Of a stretch of 31,453 nt of DNA, positions 23,178 to 31,453 are shown piece by piece (positions within the stretch are counted from its first letter, which is position 1; each line of letters opens with the position of its first letter). Below the pieces are notes generated by a model. It saw only the letters and a program-made list of their open reading frames with translations, searched no databases and was not told the origin of the DNA. The translations under genes and the position numbers were made by a program. The stretch is from Oopsacas minuta (lineage: Eukaryota > Animalia > Porifera), in assembly GCA_024704765.1 (NCBI GenBank), contig JAKMXF010000086.1, positions 1 to 31,453 on the forward strand, written 5' to 3'.

Positions 23178-26100
23178 ATTTAATGAGGCAACTACATATC
23201 TGCGAGTAGACAGATATGTAGTTGCCTCAAGATTTCTAATTATGTCCCGGAAATAAGTGTGAATCAAAAATATCAGTTCAGGAATATACCTTCATTAGCT
23301 TATTCTCTTGAAAATATATCTCCTTGCATTTTCTGACAAAATTCTTCTTTCCATAGCGATCACTCTTGATTTCTGGTGGGATAATATTCGTCTGGAGGTA
23401 TCCACGAGTTGCTTCATACTCTGTCGCATCCATGATGAAAAATGTCAAAAGTAAATATAAGTGTTGATGTTGAATCTAGAAACAAAGTGAAATGTTAATG
23501 TATGCATTTAGGAAGTCACACATGTATACATACGAATACTATGTGACTAGGGGTGAAATGTTGATATTACTTGATTTGGAATTGCTACTTTCGAGTCAAA
23601 ATCCTACGCAACAGACCTCCGTTAACGACCATACAGTCAGAGTGGGTAGACACCAACGAATGTGCACGTAACAACACATTTTGGTACCCTTGGTTTGTTA
23701 AACGGATTTTACTAATTTGTGGGTGTAAAATTCAAATCTTAAGTCTGATATCTTCTTTCTGCCCGTAAAATTCCATGATATACAAGTAGAAAAATTGAAA
23801 ATTTGCTGATATTTAGAAAAAAATCTTAGTATATGAATGTTATCATCAATACTTTGAGTGTATTTTTATACTATAGGGTTACTAAGTTCATTCAAAGGTT
23901 CATATTGAATCTAGACCAAATTTGGCGGCATCGTAAAAGTCACCTTGTTTGACTGGTATACTCTGGTGAAGAAAAACATTCATTAATAGTATTGTTCATG
24001 TTTTCACTCTCAAACTACTTTGGTATTCTTAGAACTGCTATGGCCCTGTTGTTATTTTTCATATTTGTATGTTTCTTGAGACGAACATACTTGTCCTTTC
24101 AATATTTAAGCCACTTAGTTTCTTGTTATCCTAATAATAATCAAAAGTACATCTTCATTCTGAAAATATCCCTTGCTGAATTTGATATTCAGTTCCACAT
24201 ATCTCCAGCAATCGTGGTTTGTCCTTCACCTGCTCCCTATCAAACATTATCTTGGCATCATATGTTCGAATAAAACTAGTGTATGGAATATATATTGTTC
24301 CAGGATTAACTTATTTTATAAATTCGACGTCATGTGTAGATATATTTTGTTATTAAACTAAGTATTTTTACTTTGACAGAACTAATAATAGATCTATATA
24401 CCCAGCACTTTAACTTGAAATTTCTGCCAAATTCGTTTTCCTACTCTAACTGCGAACTAAATAAACTATCCTTAAAATGAGTCTAGAATATACAAACGCG
24501 CATTGACTGCAAAATTTCATCAATCTAAAGGAACTTATTGGGAATTATCACAGATTTTGAAATTGAAAATTTTTAAAAAGTGGCATGAAGTTGTGAAGAC
24601 CAATATACTACATTCTCATTCGAAATCACAATATCTAAATTGATCTAAAAAGGTGCCCATGTTTTCCCTCTGTTATCTATTGTTGACATGGGAAGGTTGT
24701 ACCCACTATAGAATCACTACGTAATACCCATATATTATATTGACTTTACTGATAACCGCGGTAGAGTATTTAGATATCACATAAGAGCTTACAACTCATC
24801 TCTAGCTGGTCTTCCATTCACTGGGCACAAACATGGACCAAACATTTGCTAACTAACCAGCACCATTTCTTTCCCTCGTAATCCCACCCGTGAATCATTT
24901 ATGATAATTGAACATAAGAAAATTCACAGTCAACACAACACATTCAAGACATGTACTATTTCTACAGAACTAGTCAACAGCAAATCGTAGTATCTTTGAA
25001 ACCTTTATCAATTGCAAACCATCCACTATTACCTCACAAACTAATACTGACACCTGGAATATTTATGGAATACACAACTAAACAGCAACACAAAGCATTT
25101 CAAGGCATTACAATAACAATGCGAACTACAGAATACAAGCAACCTCATGAGCAATACAAGCTATATCGCACCAACATATTACATAGCTCACCAACCTAAT
25201 CTAATTATATGTTCACAAATTAATAATTACTTAGGAAACTGAGAAGACAATTGTTGCACAAACCCTCAGGCTCAATAACCATGCTGGAGTCAACTACAGT
25301 GACCAAACTGAAAAGATTATATTTATATAGTCGAAGGCTTTTTTCAGTACAAAAACATGGACTTAAGTAGCGAAAATATAACTACTCCAAATCGCACATC
25401 ATACACTAATTTACAGCCAACGGTTATTAATTCAAAGACTCAATAACAAACAATTAGGGGCCTGTAATCTCTGGATCACCTAGGCTACAGGACTCGACCA
25501 CTAGCACACCCAAGAGGTCTTTCATACTTAACCTTCTACCTACACACTAGCCATTCTGCTCACGAACTGAGCGGAATGGCTGGTATGTGGGTAGTAGGTA
25601 GAGGGTTAAGCTTTCCCTTTCCCTTGTCATGCGAGCCAATTAACCATCTCAACAGCTTCTAAGCCGCATAGACCTGTCACTCTTGCTGCAAACAATTCCA
25701 CTGTTACAAACTCCAATAATGTTAGCACCAATATCGCAACAATACCTGCAGGAACCCAACAACCTACCCCCTCCTCCACCCTAATCTTCCATGAACGGCA
25801 CACTGCAACCTTAGACAACTACTTTCTAATGCTCAGATTGACTAGCAAACTATTATACTCTAGTTTCCTTTTCTCAAATCCTTAATTCTGACGGATTCTT
25901 CATTTAGGGGAGCCTACCTTTTACCCAACTAAACTTTCCCAAAAACTGGAAATCGCTCAAGTATTCACTATTAGCAGCCTCAATCCCCTATTCACAGAAA
26001 CCTTTTGCAATATACTTCTCCTTATAGCAAACACCCAATCTAGATATTCAATACATAATCTAAAATGTGGTAAAATCAAACTATGTGGCTGCAACAATAC

Positions 26101-27689
26101 AGAAACGAGGGCCCTAATTTCCTAATGACGCTAGTCTAAACCAGAGATACGGAACAGTGCACTTTTCACTCACATATAACGGAAGACAAGAATCGCCATT
26201 CGTATTGGTTTCTGTGCGTTATCTTGTGTAGCGAGGGATAAGAACAAAATGAATGAAATTTTTGAACAATATCTAGCGTTTCCTGAATCTGATTATATAC
26301 AGGATGAGATCCAGATCCATCCAAAGCCATCAGTTGGGGAAAGTATCAACGGAAATTCAATTTCAGAATCTGTTGGGAATGATTCCAGTAGTCTCGAAAT
26401 GGTATGTTTAATTATAGAGATGTAAGACGTCCCTGATCGTCTTGGGGCTTGAGACTCATTGCGAATCAAAATGACTTCATTCTCCAGAGTAAAATCAGCG
26501 CGATATTGTGAAGGTTGCTCGTTCCTACTGAAGATCAAATTGTCTGACTTACAGATCGCTTTAATTCAAGGCACTTTCGCATACCTACCTCTAGGCGCCC
26601 ATGGAGAAATGTAGACGTCTCATTGAATTATGATTCTTTATATTGCATTGAAATGAGCCGTTGCTAATTATTTCCTGACAGAAGAAGCTGATGGCGTAAT
26701 CCCCTAAAGAAGATGATATAAATTATGAAGCCATTCCCGCAAACGTTTACTGTCAACGTCTTCAGTAGCTTTTAGACTTGTACCAGGACTAAAATAATCG
26801 TTAATTTCAGGAACGGTTTCCTGATAGCATTTGGTTGACCATATTAATAAATGATATTTTCAGAACATAACCGCCTCATTTTTTGAGATTTTTAGTTTTC
26901 AAATAATATCATCTCATTGCTAGTATTTAGTCTGGTTCTTTACTATAAATCCCTATCAGACTTCAACTGAACAAATTTGTATCGGATACTACTATAATAT
27001 TCTTCATCTATTTGATGACTATCCTTATACTCGATTATTGCATCACTAACGGATAGACGTGAGGATAGAAAGTCATAAGCTCGCTTGTTATTCATAATGC
27101 AAATATATCATAGGAAATTATATATTAATGCGTATACATTCAAATTAATTTTCGACACTTGAGGGCCCTTACGGTTGCTATAAACTGATTAGGTTCTGAA
27201 TGAATTTCAAACCTACATTTTATCACAATTGAGAATTCACGTAGCGAAACGAGTACCTATTTTAGCATCAAGTGTCTTGATGACCAAAGATTAGTCCTAT
27301 AACTTGTCATCATTTTTGTAGAGACGTAGATTACAGCAAAAGCGAGTATCATTGTGTTTGCAACATCTATTTACATATTGTACATTTTCACACATTTATT
27401 AATATAAATAAATCGAAATACCTCTTTCTATGCTACAAGTGTTAAATATACAACAATGAAACTTTCAGAATTTATGTAACCTAACAACATATATTCCTAT
27501 AGACTGATTACCATATCAACCAATACACTTGTTCATTCAGAATTATACTTATTTCTTTCTAGGTTTGAAGATGCTGAATTAGATGAATTAATATATTTTA
27601 TTATCTGAGTTCATGATAATCAAACCTAATTCTAAATCGCCACTTTTCTCCTCGCCAACACTCACCATTATGCGAGTCATTATTATGAG

Positions 27690-28200
27690 AATGTATCTAG
27701 CTATAACTTCCTGAACTTGCACCCTAGCATATACAGCCCTCCTTAGAGACCACATCCGCCCTATATAAATTGATCTGGACATACACCTGAATATGAATGA
27801 CTACAGAGTCCCTCCATATTAAAACGGAAGACAAACAAGTCAACCTTCTCCACCAAACAATACAAATACAAATAGATCTACACATAAAGCAATGCTCCAA
27901 AGGACTGGTAGACATTAGTCCCACAATTGGGAACCACACAAGAGTGACATCACTAGCTGCGAAGCAACGGCGTGAAGCACCTAATAACGCTAGAAATTCA
28001 AACACAACCTACCTCCTTCAGGACTTTTCAAAACAACAATTAGCGAGCTGAACAAACCTGGTCCACCGAACACATCTATACACCAGACAATAAAGCTTTC
28101 TATCCTTATAAGTCTCATGACCAGGTCATAGGTATGACTCTTTAAGAAAATAGAGAGAAATCTGGTTTGGCGTATCTTGCTGTTTTTTCTGGTTATACGA
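27690..28200 (+). mobile_element. Possible degraded L1/Tx1-type LINE ORF2 post-RT remnant; the A/C-rich tract may extend back to ~24900
   Basis: Frame-broken ALYKLIWTYTPEY...ESLHIKTEDKQVNL (resembles FIW...E.I.R..L...GGL.L) and LFKKIERNLVWRIL. Strong A/C strand skew. No RT core was recognised. Confidence 0.35.
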
Positions 28201-29548
28201 ACATAATCGCTATGCATTTATGTAGTCCCTCACAAATAAGGTGAATATTCATGTAAAGTAACAACAGGAAAATTTCAAATCCAATTGCAAGTTACTGTGC
28301 AATATGGCCAAATATAATATTGGTAGGGCACACAGCCAGGATGCCTGTAACATCCCTATTTAACTCACAAAATCTAACAATCTCCCTGGTGGCCTCGTAT
28401 AGACCGTCACCCTAATTATATCTAAGGGTGGCTAGCCACCCCTGCTACCCCTGACCTTACGCCAATGGACCTGATTATAACCGCATTGTATAACTTCGCA
28501 CTTGGAACGAATTGCGAAATAACACTTCTAGTTCATCAGCTGAACTTTGCGTTCACCACCCACTGGACAAGTTCTCCCACTTCGTAAAATGTTAAATGTG
28601 GCTCCCCGTATACACTAAGAAGCAGTGGTTTAGAGCTCAAAATTTAAATGCAGGAGCGGTTGTAAAACAGAATTTAGGAAAACTATAGGCACTATGGCCC
28701 CAGATTTCTTAACTAAAGCTACGTTGCAGCTCGGCATTACCATAGAAGGCCATTAATGGAATTTGATGGTCCAATGATAACACAAAATATAATTTTTGCA
28801 AATGTTTCGCTTCCAGGCACATAGTGAAGACTATACCTAGTCGCATATCGACCAAAAGATTATAGAATTTATCTGTTTAATATTTGTGCTAATACGAGGC
28901 ACTAAGCTGTCGCGACTTAGCTAGTGAAGCGTGTTAGTATGTACACTCTGGTCAATTATTTCAATATTATGATATAGCATTGCATATTTTCGATAAAGTA
29001 AATGGATTAATAGACGACTCAATATAATGTTTAGTCCCAACAAATTCCAACAAAAATTTTAATGAGTTTTTGTCATATACTAGCTCTCCCGACTGATAGA
29101 AACAATGTTTACCACAATCAGACTTCCAGAATTAGTAAATTTCTAAGGTCAAAACTTGGTATCCAATCGGAATCTCCGTTGTTGAAAATATAGGAAAGCT
29201 GATTCAATTGCTTTTATATCAAATTTTTACTGAAATTTTCGTCCTCAGCATTGAATTTCCAGCAGTTTGCAGTACTATTGACCATATTTGTAGGGATTCT
29301 CCATGCTCATGTAAAATTGTTCAGGCTTTTGACAACATTCCATTCCAAAATTTTGTCCGAAACCCAACGAGTAGCCCTATTTGAGTCTAGTTATCTAAGA
29401 TCAACCTTCTCAATGGGATTTACACGATTTTGAACAATCGACCTCCGCTTCCCTCAATTTCTTGATGTTTCTTACATATTTGGCCTGAATATACCATCTT
29501 ATATTCTGTTTTGTTATTACGACGTAACTTTAAATTGTTTCATTTAAT

Positions 29549-30339
29549 GAGAGGATTACGATCTTTCGATCAAAGATCGTACGATCCGGGTTTTTATCCT
29601 TTTTGAGGATCGGAAGAGGCTCGTTGATCCATTTGTGAATGTAGGATCGTGATCGGATCGATAACTTTCTGAAAATATTCCGATCCTTCTAATATTAACA
29701 AGTAATAGTGCTGTTTATGCTATTTTCTTAATTTTGACTTACTAACCAGCACAAGTTATTACCAACTCAAAGCTCTCAATTCAATCCATACTTCTATTAA
29801 ATTGGTTCAACGATCCACAATCCAAAATGAAGGTTAGAATGATAACGCACAGTAGCAACTTGATTTCGTGCTTATCAGCTCTTTTAGCTTTATGTATTTC
29901 TCAGATTGTCAATGATGGGGGAATTACATATATTCCCATCGTAATTTCTTACTACATTTGCCTGTAAATATCTGTTAGGATATAGCAGTTTCGGCAGTAT
30001 GTAGAATCGAAGTTGTTACTACTATATGCTATGAATGTTTAGCTATAAAAGAGGGGCTCAAAATCATACATAGGATCACTCAAATATGCAATAATACATG
30101 GTAGCACTTTTATAAATATGTAGAGCCCATGTATGTATGAACAAATAGATAATCATATAATAACTTATATTCGAAATGTCCAGCTATTGTATTCGAATAC
30201 TTAACTGTATTTCGAAAGTGATTCATCAATTAGAATATCAGAGGATTGTAAATTGTATCTTGATCGGACCGAAGCTTCTTTTGAAATTAAGATTGGGATC
30301 GGGATCTAGGTCATTTATCGAGGATCGTTCAATGCCCTA
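29549..30339. mobile_element. Degenerate hAT-like non-autonomous element with GATC-rich subterminal regions
   Basis: The right end (reverse complement TAGGGCATTGAACGATCCTCGAT) partly matches the left end GAGAGGATTACGATCTTTCGAT. GATC/CGATC clusters lie at 29560-29690 and 30260-30330. The flanking 8-mers CATTTAAT and CATATAAC match at 6/8. Confidence 0.5.
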
Positions 30340-30699
30340 CATATAACTGATCGTGATATTTTTTGGTAAAATGTAGGGAAAAATTCTTAATTGATCTCTA
30401 CTATCACGCTTCACTTGCTAGGTCTTTGCGTTAGAGCAACTGCCTCAAGTTAACTTAAATATTTAACAGCTAAAATTATTGATGTCTTGATCGATACGCG
30501 AACAGATATACTCGACACTACCTGCCTTGAGGATATTTTTTATTATCCATAGTCCATTTAAATTTACTAACGCCTTATGTGGTAATACTACGAGTGTGAA
30601 GTTAGCTTAATATTTGACCAGTAGTATTTCAATCACTAATTCTAATATATTTACCGGTCACTGAGGCGTTTTCCTATACCAAACTAGAATTGACAATTT

Positions 30700-31453
30700 C
30701 GGTTGAATACTCAACAGATAAACGTCATATAGTAATGTGAAGAGTCGATTAATTCTCCCATTGTAATACTTCTCAAAATTGCAGCACAGGTAAGACATCC
30801 ACATCAAACGATATTTCGTCTGAATTTACCATTCTCCAACAACACTCTAAAATATCCTAAAATATTCATTTTATTAAATGTGATACATGTGCTATGAATC
30901 AATTCCCAACTGTAATCTATTCCACCCTTGTTATGAGTATTTCTTTGTGTAGAACTAACTTTGAATTCAATTACCATTTGTTAAGGAAGTGGGTTATCTT
31001 AGCAGTTCCTTAGTCCGAACTTATAATATCTGCTACAGGGATAGGTGTAATGTGGTAGAGTTAAAGCATAATACTATGTTAATTTTGTGCATAACTGAGG
31101 ATTACGTATAATGGAACCTGTGGCATCCAAATGCAAAATCATTTCTTTAGTTAATTATTTCAACACCTCTATCTGCCTCTTCATACATAGATGCATAATG
31201 AATAGGCCGGATCGAGAAAAGTATACATCGTCGCTTCAACTTCTACCTAAGGCAAAAGTTGTCTTTGCTCTTTTCTAGGAAAATGTGAGACATAAATTAG
31301 AAAAATATTTCGAGTTGACCCTTGCGGTTTATATTATTGCTGTGTCACTTTCGCAAACTTGACTTTAAATTGTCCGAATTTTCTTATTCCTTTGACTTAG
31401 CCCCTTTAGATATATTTGCTTTCGAATGGTGTATTAGGCTAATTTCTATGTCC
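30700..31453 (-). pseudogene. NOF/Foldback-like (MULE superfamily) transposase remnant, probably continuing beyond the window end
   Basis: The reverse strand, across frameshifts, reads MILHLDATGSIIRNP...YYALTL...PIPVADIISSD*GTAKITHFLNKW...IDYSWELIHSTCITFNKMNILGY...TCAA. This motif order (DATG, YYA, PVAE, DFSWAL, CxxH) is what I recall for NOF-FB-related transposases. Confidence 0.55.

Larger units (their letters stand above)
17042..23433 (-). pseudogene. Spliced Ginger transposase pseudogene (N-terminal YPYY-like region, H2C2, DD35E integrase, GPY/F, C-terminal protease-like extension)
   Basis: Inferred exons: E1 23433-23290 (MDATEYEATRGYLQTNIIPPEIKSDRYGKKNFVRKCKEIYFQENKLMK|GT). E2 ~20570-20128 (GHLGRSK...IRTCHDCQ...PWCHCGIDLI...HDQGTEFSSK|GT). 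E3 19751-19645 (AYHPQSNGLVESHN). E4 19527-19121 (YTPFYLMLGRE, NIKAGQKIQKKTYD). E5 18853-18572 (GDEVLVHN...KYLGPYTI). E6 18422 to ~17042. Phases match at E2/E3, E4/E5 and E5/E6, while E3/E4 is off by 1 nt. Several stops and frameshifts are present. The 5' edge of E2 is uncertain. Confidence 0.88.
15753..23613 (-). mobile_element. Ginger-type (Ginger1-like) DNA transposon with both ends preserved, 7861 bp including nested insertions
   Basis: Perfect 22-bp TIRs TGTTGCGTAGGATTTTGACTCG at 15753-15774 and inverted at 23592-23613. Identical 4-bp TSD GACC at 15749-15752 and 23614-23617. It encloses an intron-containing Gypsy-like integrase gene with no RT, RNase H or LTR. TGT ends, a 4-bp TSD and introns are established Ginger features. 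Confidence 0.9.

Noticed and set aside
15753-23613. Maverick/Polinton
   Set aside because: No PolB, ATPase or capsid ORF was seen. The TSD is 4 bp rather than 6 bp, the ends are TGT, and the element is too short.
23620-24670. Possible Sola/other DNA transposon hosting the Ginger (end-like GAGGGAAAACATGGGCAC on the minus strand near 24653-24670)
   Set aside because: No partner TIR, TSD or convincing catalytic motif was found.
26303-27620. Candidate orphan plus-strand exons (26303-26401 with AG/GTATGT ends; acceptor at 27561-27562)
   Set aside because: The splice signals are plausible, but the peptides are unrecognisable and such signals arise by chance in AT-rich DNA. Transcript data would be needed.

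Overview
AT-rich eukaryotic DNA, probably from an invertebrate animal (inference from GT-AG introns, the TE repertoire and base composition). The window holds one host gene piece: the 1.56-kb terminal exon of the RNA polymerase I second-largest subunit (POLR1B/RPA2, 12237-13793). The rest is mostly transposon debris: four maT-like Tc1/mariner copies (DD37D spacing countable in two), one DD34D mariner, several MITEs, LINE remnants and a NOF/Foldback-like MULE remnant. Three single-N assembly breaks sit at 2181, 5344 and 11316. The main discovery is not visible in the ORF track. It is a 7.86-kb Ginger-type DNA transposon with both ends preserved (15753-23613; perfect 22-bp TGT-starting TIRs, GACC 4-bp TSD). 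Its integrase-like transposase gene is split by five introns, splicing restores an exact D-35-E spacing, and it ends in a domain with all the motifs of a USP-like (peptidase C19) deubiquitinase. Nested in its first intron is a 1.94-kb Mutator-like element with its own TIRs and an 8-9-bp TSD, encoding FLYWCH-MULE fused to an IAP-type RING finger. Both elements are decayed. All family and domain calls come from motif reading, not from database searches.
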